DNA of 63,776 nt, counting the filler, from Folioceros fuciformis (lineage: Eukaryota): assembly GCA_049999805.1 (NCBI GenBank). It is 10 parts of 10 records of this genome, joined end to end, with 100 filler letters (N's around TTAATTAATTAA, not from the genome) between each part and the next. Parts side by side here need not be neighbours in the genome. Positions count along the whole stretch, not along the records: positions 10,277 to 23,055 come from JBNGIO010002619.1; 9 more parts are not named here. One strand, 5' to 3'. Below, one piece after another: positions 10,277 through 22,522 of this stretch. A model generated the notes under the pieces. It was not told the DNA's origin, did not search any database, and saw only the letters and a program-made list of their open reading frames with translations. Every line of letters starts with the position of its first letter. Within the stretch, counting starts at the first letter, position 1. The position numbers and the translations under genes are program-made.

Positions 10277-13200
10277 CGGCTAATAACATTTTCAGTTTTG
10301 TTTGGTCTTGGTTTGGTAGGTTAGATGAGTGGCGATAATAAGGGGTAGTATTATAAAGAAGTTACCTTCTTTGGGATGGCTACCTATAGGGAGGTAAGCC
10401 CATGTACGGAGGATATCTATGTGGGAGGTAGTACCTAAATAAGAAATATAGTTGGGAAGGGCAAGCTACTTACAGAGAAGGGGACACCTGTGTAGGGTAT
10501 CTATTAAGGGCAGTTACTACATATAGAAGTATACCTATGACAAGAGGGTATTTAAAGGGGTCCCTGCCTAAGGTGTCCCATCAACGAAGGGTGCTCACCT
10601 CCATGCAGGGAGGAACTACATCTACCTACATAGCGGGGAATAAGGAAGTAGTTGTGCGACAAGACACCTACGCCGGGGACCTACTTGTTGTGACCAAGCG
10701 GACTCAAAGCGAGAGAAAGGGCTTTGCTGTGGTGAGAGTCATAGGGAGGAACGGTGCAGGGGACGTGAAATCAGCTGGACAGAAGCTGGGAGCAGTTGCC
10801 TATGGAGGTAGGGGTATAAACTTGCGTAAAGGAGGGCAATCGACATTCTTGGGGTTTTGTTCCATCAACTATGGCGCGGACCTCCAACAATACTCAGGTG
10901 GGTTCCAGCAGTAGGGGACGACCCACAAGGGCAGCCAGCTCTCCCCGAACTAATGTTCCGTCCTTTTCCTGCTTTGGGGGCCAACTGAACTCAAGGGATT
11001 TGATAGACCTACGGACTTGGGCATGTGACGCAAACGTCCAGCTTGACTCGATATATGGCAAACACTGGTCGTATGTTCATGAAGGCTTGGTGAAGGAGTG
11101 TTATACCAACCTATAGCAATCGAAGGAGGAGTTGGAAGCCCTACCTGAACGAAATGTGAGGACTGACCCTCGGTGTTGGATTGTCCGGAGCATCCAACAG
11201 GTGTATGGTAGGTCGGAAGAGGAGAGCGATGGTATTGGGATCCTGGATAAAACCATAGATGGGCGGAGGTCACCCAGCACGACCCTACCATCTGGGGCAC
11301 TAGAATTGCTGTTGGGAGGGGAGCTAGCAAGAACCAAGTACGGGTGCAGGACTGAGAGGGTCAAGGAGCTCAAATGGCGGTTGTTCACTAAGGTGGTTCT
11401 TGGATTGGTGAACTATCAACGCACCTTATATTTCAGCAATGCCTCCACTTCCTTTGGAGAGTGACTCAAGGAGCAAAGCCAGATTGGGGGCTAATTATGT
11501 ATGAGGCGTATACCTACTACAGGGAGAAGTTGCTCAAGCCAAACAGTAGGGAGGGGGGGAGTGCACGACCCTGCTACCTCTCGACTTACTTGGTGCACTT
11601 ATGGAAGACAGAAGGGTTGTTAACACAAGAGGAGTTGAAGGAGGCGGAACAACCTTTTGTAGTTGTCCTGTTGCAGGGGGAGGCTTTTATTTCCGGTGGA
11701 GTGTCGACCCCTCTTATGGATGAGGAGTCCCCACTTGATTTCGAATCAGCCATGGCAGCCTATGATGAGTCTGATGAAGATGACACCCCGTTGATACGGA
11801 GACCCAGGGAGCAGCAAAGGGACCGAAGGCTACCATCAGCCACCCCCCCCCCCCCCCGCAGCCCTAGATTCCACCACAACTGAGATGGAGACAGTGGGGG
11901 ATCCTGGACCAAGCCAGCCAATAGTTGAAGTAGGGTACCAAGTAGGGGATTTGGCAATAACACCAGTAGTGCAAGCACAAAGTGGAGCACCAGATTTGGG
12001 GAGAAGGAGCCCAATGAATTGGGAGGTAGCCTGGGGAGCACACGCCACAAGCCAAGGTAACGACACTTTGTTGGGAGTGTGGAGCAACATCATTCGGTGT
12101 GGCAAACAACTACAAAACATCAATTGGGGAGAGGCCCGTGCAATGATTGCAGCCCTACTACAGGAGGACATAAGTCGGGATGCAAACCAGGCACAACTAG
12201 AATCCAAAGTGCAGGAATTGGAAAAGGAGCGAGAACAGCATCTCCTCAAGGATGGTGAGCAAAGGCAAGGATTGGAGAAGTTGACCCAGCAGGTGACCAC
12301 ATTGCAGACCTCCCAACAAGGTTTATCCCATGAGATCATTGCATGTCGAAGGGACCTCACCCAGTTTGAGGAAACTAGGAAGGTGGTGGAGGAACAGCTA
12401 CGGGAATAAGTCTACCTTGCAAAGGATTTACAAGGCAAGCTAGATGAGTTGGAGGCACATAATGCTAAAGCGAACCAATAACTCCAGCAACGCCTTAAAG
12501 CAAGGCAACGAGAGCGAGTGGAGAGGGAACAATTGACCATCCAATTAGAAGACCTTCGGCAGGAGAAAGCACAACAAGAAGCTGAGCACCACACCAAGAT
12601 TCACAAGATGCTGGTGGTTCGAGCTTGTAGGTTTTGTGCAGACTATGCCTACTTGACGGGGTGCATGACCAAGTTTCATGCAACTCATCAAGAAAACCTT
12701 GACCTACTGTTGAAGGTAGGGGCAATGGAGGCTGAACGGGATATCTACAAGAGTAGATGCGAGGATGGGGATTGGGTTGTTCACATGGATACCATAGATC
12801 TAGCTCAACAGAATCGCAACCTCCACCTACACCAACGTCTACTCGCTCATCACAAGGAACTGGTAGCATTGGCAAGGCAAAGGTACCTTGGGCCACATGA
12901 TGACGACCGTGAGGCCCTGGAGACAGTGCCCCTACCAACAGACTTTCAAGAGGACAGCAGTATGGACCTGGAGAGCACGCAATGGGAACCTAAGGAACTG
13001 CTATGGGCTAGGAAGAGCACGCAACAAGGGATACCTACTCCTGTAGGGAACCTACCTATGAGAGGAGGGGAAGGAATGGTAGGGACCCTACCTACGGAGG
13101 CAGCAACAGGTACCATACTTACGGAGGAAACATTCCCACCCTAGGTAGAGAAGGAGCCTCAAGTTGAGGAACAAGGGGATCCCTCCCCTACCAAACTTGT

Positions 13201-14350
13201 AGGTGGTGGTGAAGGGATAGCCCAAGAGATCCACACAGAAGAAGGTACGGTGGAAGCTCGTGGATCCAAAAGAAGACGAATCGCAATAATGGAGGGGGGC
13301 CCAGTGGCTCAGCCTTCAGACTCTATCCCACTTCAGGAGCCATCCTAGCCATACCTTTTTGAAAAGGGGGTCAACGAATCTTTTATGGCGGTACCGACAG
13401 TCCTAATCTTCATCGGCACGTACTACCTTAGCAACTATTGGTAGGTCTTAGCCTCTTGGTAGGTGTGCGTAGTTAAAGCTGGCCGCGGCTAGTGGTAGGT
13501 AGGAAGCCGTCTGCCATCCTATATAAGTAGAACGAAGAACTTGAGCCGGAGGCCCCCGTTCTTTGATTGTAAGTGTTTCGTGACGAATAGACAACCAATT
13601 TTTGTAAGCCTACGTGGACATCCTGGCGGAAGGGGGAGCTACGAGTGCTCTTTCTGTTGCCGATCGTTAGGGTTCTTGTGATGTCTGGTTGGGAGTCTTG
13701 AACGTAGGGAAACGCGGAGTTGGATCGTGTAGAAGGTGTTGTGAGGAGACTTGTGGGGAAAGGTGCTGGGTGTAGGTAGTTGGAAGTTGGTAGGGGGAGG
13801 TAATAAGGCCCTTCCAAGTGAAGGAATGGTGCCTTCCTACTGACTGGACGTGTTGAAGGTACGCGGGAAAGGTTGAATGTCGTAGGGGAACGATAAACAG
13901 AGTTGGAGGGAGCGGGGTAGGCTCGGAGGAAAACTTGTTGGTCGTTGGGCGTAGGAGACGAGTAGCTAGATTGTGGGTAGAGGAAGGTGTTGTAGGGAGC
14001 CTTGTGAGGAAAAGATATTGAGTGTAGGGAGGTAGAAATCGGTAGGGGAAGTATTGGGGTCCTTCCAAGTAAAAGAATGGTGCCTAACTACTGACGGGAC
14101 GTGTTGCAGGATTGGTAGGAACGTGATTGGAAGGCAGAAATCCGTAGGGGAGGTACTGGAGCCCTTCCAAGTGAAGGAATGGTGCCTACCTATTGATGGG
14201 ACGTGTGGCCAGATTGGTAGGTACATGGTTGGGAGAGTTGACTAGTGTAGGAGAGCGATTCCGTGGAAGCCTACAATGACCGTGGGATTGATGTGGCCAC
14301 AATACATGTGAGCAGGTGCCTGGTAGGGATACCATACCCACTTGCCCACA
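10277..14350 (+). mobile_element. Family A element body with a disrupted ~800-codon ORF (10871-~13348; unnamed domain plus coiled-coil-like region)
   Basis: TATAAA at 10815 and ATG at 10871. Motifs VRTDPRCWIVRSIQQVYG, QGAKPDWGLIMY and PCYLSTYLVHLW, then Q/E-rich helical ORFs. A second copy lies at 57952-59551 and the 3' part is repeated at 23156-24105. Confidence 0.75.
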
Positions 14351-16450
14351 AACCTCTAGACGATCATTGGGCGAACGAACTGATTGTAAGGAGGATCCGT
14401 TCAAGATCCAGTACCTAACATCATACAGAAGGCAGGGTGTAACTGTCCCGGAGGGTTGTAGGCATGCCAAGGCCGCCGAGCATAAGATTTTACGCTGGCA
14501 TACGCCAGCCGATATGCCCCACTCCCCTCCCTCCCTTTCGGCACTCATCCTAAGAGTCGTTCTGACGCTCCGTTCTATGCCGTCCTCCATTGCTTCCACT
14601 CCGTCTTCCTATGACCTTCCTTCCTTTCTTGGCTCTCATCCACTGCGATGATTCCACCTACCCATGCCCTGTCGTGATTTTGTCAGCACTCTCCTCCTTC
14701 CTTTTTCCTGATTTGCGAACTCTTCTTCCCCATGGCTCTAGGGTAATTCCTTGAAGCAGGCAATGTATGGAAGTTCAACAAGGTGCATGTGCAAACCCAA
14801 CCCTATCCCAACTTCGCGCCCTGGATAGCGGAGGACGGGGACCCAATGGAGCAGTGGGAGTTGGGAATTTTCCGGTTTCCCTGGGAATCCATTTAACGGC
14901 CATCCTCCGAGAATTTGCCTGGGCTTTGTGGCACTAAGCTTGGGGCAAGCCGAAGTCCTCCAAGGTTCGTGACAATCCCACCTTGTGGACCATCCAAATG
15001 ATGTAAGAAGTCTACAACCGGCTGGCAGAGGAATGTAGAGGACTCTACCTCAATTCGTAGTGCAACAAGGAGCTGGTGAAGGAGGCAACGGCAGCTCTCC
15101 TCACAACGAACTCCACCAAGACTACCAACATGTGGTTGATTCACAATATTGAAGACTTGAGGATCAGAAGAGTGACTATGCTCATTGTCAACTAGTTGCT
15201 GGTCACCAAAACGAACCATGTAGCAGACAAAGTCTTGCTGCTACTCAATGGCTTGGCATAGGGGACCCCGGTGGACTAGGAAAAGGTGATAGCGCATTGG
15301 ATACAATCCGATGTTAGAAAGCTCAGGCATGAGATATAGTTCGATGTTAGAAAATCATGTAAGAGATACAATCCAATGTTAGAAAGCTCAGGCATGAGAT
15401 ATAGTTCGATGTTAGAAACTCATGCAAGAGATACAATCCAATGTTAGAAAGCTCAAGTAGGAGATACAATCCGATGCTAGAAAGCTCAGGCAGGAGATAC
15501 AATCGGATGTTAGAAATCTCAGGCAGGAGATACAATCCGATGTTAGAAAGCTCAAGTAGGAGAGGCCGCCCGCTTCAGGGTTTTCACCTTTTCTATTCCA
15601 CTATAAGGCTCTCACAGATTTAGAGAAGGTAGCACTTTCTCGGCAACCTCCTGCCCTGCCCTCCTCTTTTGCGGCTACAACACTGGCTCCGTGAAAGAAG
15701 GTTGTAGCGCCTCCTCTCAGCCGAAGGTGCTAACCATAGCAATGGTACCTTTGCCAATGTCGAATACTTTGGAGGATAGTTGCGGAGTCGTGTCGGAGTC
15801 ACCACCTATGGCCTTTTCCCCAACTCCCAACAAGCGCACCTCCAAAGATGCGCCACTGGCATAGGTCCTTCCACCGAAGCAGCAGAACATTCGAGCAATG
15901 TCCACGGTGGGCAAGTGGATCTCACTACAAAGTGCCCCACCACCCCCTAGCCTGAAGCCGGAGCTCATGGCCTAATCTCTCTTTACCTTCATGCTTCCGC
16001 AAACACCTCCCCCCACTCCCAAGATAGGCCGCTGCTTTAGGCTTCCTCCGCCCAGCTCAAGACACCTCGTTAGTGTTTTGACGGGGCACAACTAGGCTCG
16101 GAGGATTCAAAATTTCTACCATAGAAACAAAGAAGGACCACGACGCTCAAGGGATGCACCCGATGACCTTTGGCTACAATGATCAAGTCCGGCAAACCTC
16201 CAATGGTAAGTCCACGGCATCGAGTCCTAGGAGCTCTGTCGTAGGTCTGTTTTGGAACTGGCCTCCATCTCCCCCTCTCCTCTCTTCCTTGGCCACTATC
16301 TCAAGACAGGACCCGGAGTGGGTATAGGCTTTGCTCCTCGATCTTGTCACCCCCGGTCCGTCTTTTTCTCCCCTCTTGTACCACCGCTCGCCTCTGCTGT
16401 GTCAGCGCAGCACCCCATTACCTCCTCCCATCGAAAGTCCATTATCTAGG
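14351..16450 (+). mobile_element. Family B element, copy 1 (degenerate ORF from ATG ~14732)
   Basis: Colinear with ~17020-18330. Translates to ...PPCG/WTIQMM*EVYNRLAEECRGLYLNS...GTPVD*. Confidence 0.65.
15300..15561. repeat. Minisatellite: 8 units of 32-33 bp (gatacaatccgatgttagaaagctcaggcagga)
   Basis: The units are directly visible. The first four alternate between 33-bp and 32-bp variants. Confidence 0.92.
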
Positions 16451-16519
16451 TTCCATACTCACCATGCCTTCCCTCTGACTACTGCCTCCATCTCTCGCTA
16501 CTCCGCCGTGTTCAAGGCC

Positions 16520-16755
16520 TTACATTGATCAACTTCAAAAATATTTTGATCAATTGATACAGGCCACACAACACATTCGCGTTCAACTGCCAGTGCTATT
16601 GCTACACTCTTCTTCTTGAAGTCAAGGGAGTCTTGCAGTAAAACTCTCCAAGCTTGACACACTAATGAAAACCTGATTTGAATATCCCTCAATAGGTAGA
16701 GTACGATAGTCTCAATCACTTCATGTGCCAAATTTCTCCACACATTTGAAATCAA
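16520..16755 (-). pseudogene. F-box domain gene fragment
   Basis: VWRNLAHEVIETIVLYL...IRFSLVCQAWRVLL fits the plant F-box consensus (W..LP.E....I...L......R...VCK.W..L). It has no ATG start and the frame runs into repeat sequence. Confidence 0.6.
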
Positions 16756-17019
16756 ATTGAATGCAAGTGTGACCGCCTAGCTTCTCGAGATCTTTCGTTG
16801 TCAAGACTCCTTGGAGGCCAAGTTTGTACAAGGGGATGTACCAAACAATGAGTAGCCTCATTTGTCGCCATTTGCATGGTTTCCCGCTGTTAGGTCCGAA
16901 AATAATCACTAGAGTAGCACATCAGTGAACCACCAAACTCGTCTTGGGAGTGAGTGCAAACTTTTTTTTTTTAAATGATTATTTTTGGCAACCCCGGGTT
17001 CTTTGGAGTAGAAGGCATG

Positions 17020-20000
17020 ATGGACTGCCCGCTGAACAGACTGACAGTAAGGATGCTCCATTCAAAGTTCTAGTACCCGGACATCATGTAGAAGATGGGG
17101 CGTAACCGTCCCGGACGATTGCAGTGTACCAGGGCCGTCGAGGGTAAACCTTTACGCTAACATACGCCATTCGATACGCCCCACTCCACTTCCTCTCCCT
17201 CTCGCCACTCCTTCTGAGAGTTAGTCCGCCTTTCCCACTCCGCTCCGTTCACCTTTCGCTTCACTCTGTTTTCTAGCGCCCTACGACCTTCTTGCCCTTT
17301 GCTCATTCCTGGTATTCCTCCTTGTCTCCTCTCATACCACAGTGTTGCACCATCCTTTGCTATCTCCCTCCTTCGCTTTCAGCTCTCAAGACACCTTCGT
17401 CATGGCACCAGGACAGTTCCTCAAAGTTGGCAGCACCTTGAGACTCAACGTGGAGCAAATCCAAACGCGCTCCTATCTGAATTTTGCATCTTGGATAGCG
17501 GTCGCACGAGACCTCATAAAGCGGTGGGAGCTAGGAATTTTTCAAATTCCCTGGGCCATCAACTCAATGGTGATTGTCTAGGAATTTGCCTAGACCGTGC
17601 TGCAGTGTGCTCGGCAAAGATCAAAGACAATCCCACGTTGTGGACTGTCCACATGATGTGGGAGGTGTATCGGCATCTGGCGGAGGAATGCGGAGGGCTT
17701 TACCTCAACTCCCAGGGCAAAAAGGAGTCAATGAAGGAGGTAGCAGCCGCGCTCTTATCGGTGGATTTCGTCAAGACCACCAATGGGTGGTTAATCCATG
17801 ACATCGTGGACCTCAGGATCAGGGGCGTGGCGTGCTTGATTGTCAATTGGCTCCTGGTGACAAAAACTGACCATGGGGCAAACTGAGTGCTACTACTTCT
17901 CTATGGGCTGGCACAAGGCACTCTAGTGGACTGGGATTTGGGACCATTATAAGGTCCTAACGGATTTAGAGAAGGCATTGCTTTCTCGGTTGCCATCCGC
18001 CCTGGCCCCCATCCTCCGTTGCTCCTCCACTGGCCCCCAAGAAGAAGACTTCAGCGCCAACTATTTAGCCCAAGGCCATCCCTATTGCCCCGGTGCCTCT
18101 TCCAGTTTCGAATCCCTTTGAGGATAGCTGTGCAGCAGCACTGGAGTCGCCCTCCATGGTCTCTCCTCCCAACTTCCCGACCAGCTAGCCTCCAAAGTGG
18201 AAAGTAGGAGCACTACCGGCCCAAGCACCTCCGCTCAAGTGGCGGAATATCAGGGCCATGTCTACGGTGGGAAGACAGCTCCTACTGTAGAGTGCCCTAC
18301 CGCCCACTAGTCCGGAGTTAGAGGACTTCTTGGCTCCAGTACCAAGGAAAGGGGAGGCACCAAGGACTAGGGAAGAGGCGGACCGTATGGAACAGGTTCG
18401 GCTGGCTGAGCAACTGGACTTCAATGAGTGGCATACGATTGGGTTGTCTAGAGTCAAACGGCCATCTTCACCTCATGGGAGGAAGAAGGGGTGGGGGCCC
18501 CGTTCTCCTAGTTCGCCACCCACCGGAATGATCCCACCTCTGGCATCCAAACCAGCTCCGAATTCGGCCCAGGAGGAAGTCGATAATCGCAGGGCATTGC
18601 CACGGTCCATAGTCTTGGAAGACATCATCGACGGGTGAGTTATAGACCCAAATGCCATGAAGAAGGCTATATGAACATCCTTCGGAAGGGTGTATTTGCC
18701 TCCCAACTACCGATTCTACATCAAAGCTACGGCAGAAGGAGTCACATAGGTAGCCCAAGGAATCATCACCAGCTTGGTGGAGGGCCTAGCGTCGTCCTTC
18801 GGACAGGTAGCAGCTCGAGAGGGTGAAAACGTCGCCCTCCGAAGAAGGATGATTGAGTTAGCAACTCAATTGTCCGCCCTAAACTAACAACCGGACATAA
18901 CTTCAAACTTCAAGGAGGAGTCCTGCAAATTCTAAGAGGAATGGGACAAGTGCCAAGACAAGCATGGAGGAAGCGAGAGACGAACGCTTAGGAGGCCTGT
19001 CGGCAACACATAGAGGACTGGGATCCCTACCGTAAGGAGCAAAACCGAGTCCTTGAAGAAGAGAAAGATGCCTCCTGTGAGCTGACCGAGGCAGTTCGGC
19101 AGGTGGAAGAGCTGTGAGGCAGACTCCAGGCGGTGCAACCCGAAGAAAAAGAAGCCCAACAAGAGGTGTGGACCTTGAAGTCCGATCTCGCACGAACTCG
19201 TGAGACCATGCGAAGTCACGCGCAAGTATGGGAGGAAGAGCTCAAGAACCTAGTGGAGCGTGTCAATGGTTTCCGGGCCAAGGGAGAGGAGCCGTAGTCT
19301 CAATTGGCAGACTTTGAGACTTAAGAAGATCAACGTGAGGTGGCCTTGCTCCGAGCCCAAACGAAGGCTGTGTCTAACCTATGACCAAGAAAGTCAGCCA
19401 CTATCACCTCCACGGCCCTTGAAGAGCTCCGGAGGTACGTCGCCATCGCCGCCACATAGCACGCCGACCTACTGGAGGCTAGGTGGCGACCGAAGTATGA
19501 GATGGTCCGAAGGATGGTAGTGGACCTCATCCAGCAACTAGAAGACAACCACGAGTTCTTCCATGGCGAAGTCATTCAGGTCTTGACCAAGACCGCAGAG
19601 GTCGTAGCAACTTCACCAACCCCTGCACCTCCTACCGGCAAATGCACGGCACCAAGTAGTCTGGAGCCCCAGGCTACTGGACCCATTTCCCTAGACCTCC
19701 AACTACTGGTCCAGTCCCTGTAAGCTGGCTCTACCGACCTACCTACCGCAATCGACGGAGCGGAATCTTCCCCCGGACCCATGTCACCCGTAGGAATACC
19801 TCTAGCATCATCCTCCCTCGGCCCTACGCCACCCACACTGCCACCTTCCCATTAAAGGCACAGTGATAGTAGTTAGCTGGCTCGGCTTCGGAGTCCCGTT
19901 TTGCTTGCTATTCTTCCCTCCAATCTCCTTCTCTGCCCCTCGTGCCTCTCCACACCCACAGGCGGATTGTTGTACTGCCTCCCTTTCCCCCTACTCCATT

Positions 20001-20470
20001 TAGAGAACCTTGAGCGGATGCCCTGCAAGGCTCACTCGAATGCGGAGAGCCTAATCACTTCGTCTCAAGAACGCAGAAGGACCAAAACGTTTGAGGAACA
20101 AATCTGGTGACTCTAGCTACAACAACTAGACCAGCGAACTAACTGTGGTGAGTACCTGGTGAATGAAGGCCTAAGACCACCATCGGCAGCTTGGTTGAGG
20201 CTGATTGCTTTCCTCCCTTGTCTCTTTCCCACGTTTTCCACCCTTCTCCTACTCCATGTTTGATACCCCTCCTGACGGTCGGACCGAAGTCGTCCATGGA
20301 CTTGCCCGTGAATAGGATTGCCCTATCTGACCCCTTCCTCCACCCTTGTCCTCTCATCCCCATTTCATCCACCTCCGCTTACTTGCTCCAATATGCTGTC
20401 AACGTGCTGGAATCGGCCTTACTAGGTCCTCCGCCGTCACTCTCTTTCAACTTCGCTTCCCCGCCAAGTT
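17020..20470 (+). mobile_element. Family B element, copy 2 (disrupted ORF ~17402-19855)
   Basis: Motifs IKDNPTLWTVHMMWEVYRHLAEECGGL, TTNGWLIHDI and AQGTLVDW, followed by a Pro-rich then coiled-coil-like region. Boundaries are approximate. Confidence 0.65.
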
Positions 20471-22522
20471 TAACCACTAAACCCGTTACTCGTAAGCTTG
20501 AGATATCACTAGACAATGTATGGTTGTGGCTGTGAGGCCCCTATTCTTGTTAGGGGAGAAAGGAAGTGACACCTTTCCTTTCTTGGAGGTAGCAGCTTCG
20601 TCAACTTTTTGGCTTTATCCATGTTGTTCAAACATCCTAGCTTAGTTTGGTCCTCCAAAGATATTATAAGACTTTTGATTTTTGCTAAATCCTTTTGTTA
20701 CCTTCCATGGCAAACATTCATTCCTGCAATAAAGAAACAAAAATAGTTTGTCATTTTTTGTCTCATCCCTTACTAAGCTCATTTAATAGAAGAAGAAAAC
20801 GTAGAACTCACCAATGGTTGGTTGGTCCACCACTACTTCCTTGTGCTCACTCCAAGCCAAAATCCAGCAAGGCCTCAATCCAAGCCTAAGCCTGGGTACT
20901 CATCAAGGTTGCCATGGAAATAGAACAAAGATGGTTGTCTTTTCATCACAGGGGTGAAAAGGGTTTAGGGTTTAGCAAGGGAAAGGTGTCATGTGTGTCA
21001 CAACATTATTTGGTATCTTCGGTTTCTTTCTTAGAGGTAGTGTCTTTGTCAACTTTTTGGTTTTATCCATGTTATTCAAACATCCTAGCTTAGCTTGGTC
21101 CTCCTAAGATGTCCTAAGGTTTCTAGGCAAGGTCATGTTTCATAAAATGGTATATACCTTATATTCTTCTCTTATGATGTGTGAGAGATTAAGTTCATTT
21201 CTAGATGAGCTCTTGATACCTCTAGACATTTTGAATTCATCTCATTTGAGGCTTTGGGTTCCATTCAACTCTTATAGAAAATGATGCTTGCTCGGCAAAA
21301 ATGGAGTAAGGCTAAAACGATGTGTGGCACACTTTCATTGTCTTATGGAATTGAATGAATCACCTCACAACCCCTCGATCTTGTGCAAGTGGTTGGTTCT
21401 CTCCTCTAGCTAATTAGTTCTTGTATCTTATGTTGAGAAACAACTCCAACTTGATAGGAATATCCTAGGATCGCAATAAGAACTTTATTGACAAATGGCT
21501 TAATAGCACATGCGAAACAACAACATTCTAGAGAGAGCTAGGGGATCTAACAATAATGAAACAAGTATATTAGAGGCTTTTGTGTATGCTAGGAAGACAA
21601 TGCTAATATAATGTGTTGAATTCGTAGATTAACATACAAGACGTTGCAACACAATATAGAGAGCACAAGATATAAGAATTATGGGAGGAGGGAATTAGCA
21701 AACCCTATGCATGAGATGGAGGGACCTAAAGTTGTTTTATTGGTCATGGGTTTTGTAGATATATATCAATATTGAATAAGATGGTAGAAGTTTATAATAC
21801 ATTTTCTAAACTTTACTTTAGGTGTTGGGAAGGGCTCATTAGTTTGTCAAAATCAAGAATCCCAGATCCAATACTATTACAAGAAATTTCTATTCCAATA
21901 GTTTATTTTTTTCATAAAAGATGCTCTTCAATCAAATTGTGGAATGTTCGTGGTTTGTAAGTCTCCCCTCTCTTGGAGATACGGGCCCTGTGATGGTGGA
22001 AAATCGTCACTACTACGTTGAAGAGAAGAAGCTGTAAGACTGACTGCAGCGGGTGGAGCTGGGAACCAATGAGTGAACATAAACGAAGTCCTCTTCGGTT
22101 TCAAACTACATATGTTCATGTGGCACTCCGACTTCCGTGACCGACCCACCCTCACGCGTCCAATTAGTTTCCTGTGGAACTCCGACTCCCGTGACCCAGG
22201 GACCAGACGGCTTCTTGGATCCCAGCACTGAGTCTCCCTAAGGAAGATACAAAGTCAAGAGACACGGAGAACGCCGCAAATCTGGCCGTTATTTACCATA
22301 ACTCTGGCCTTCCTATAGTACAATGGGCAAGCGCAGCTAGTGGATCAGGCGCACTGTTCCACGCTGCAAATAATGATTCTGAAGTCTGTTCAAAGCTGGA
22401 AGGAAAAAATACGATGTAGCTTCAGCTGAATGGGAATATTCTCAGATACCCGAACTCCACGAAGGCGCTACGTAGGACTCAAATCTACAAAATCTCCCAA
22501 CACTACTTGGATTCCCAGACGC

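Noticed and set aside
15300-15561. CRISPR-like array
   Set aside because: Contiguous tandem units with no unique spacers, no cas genes, and a eukaryotic context.
21770-21960. Possible Ulp1-protease-like QSNCGMFV motif
   Set aside because: Too short and surrounded by stops; indistinguishable from chance.
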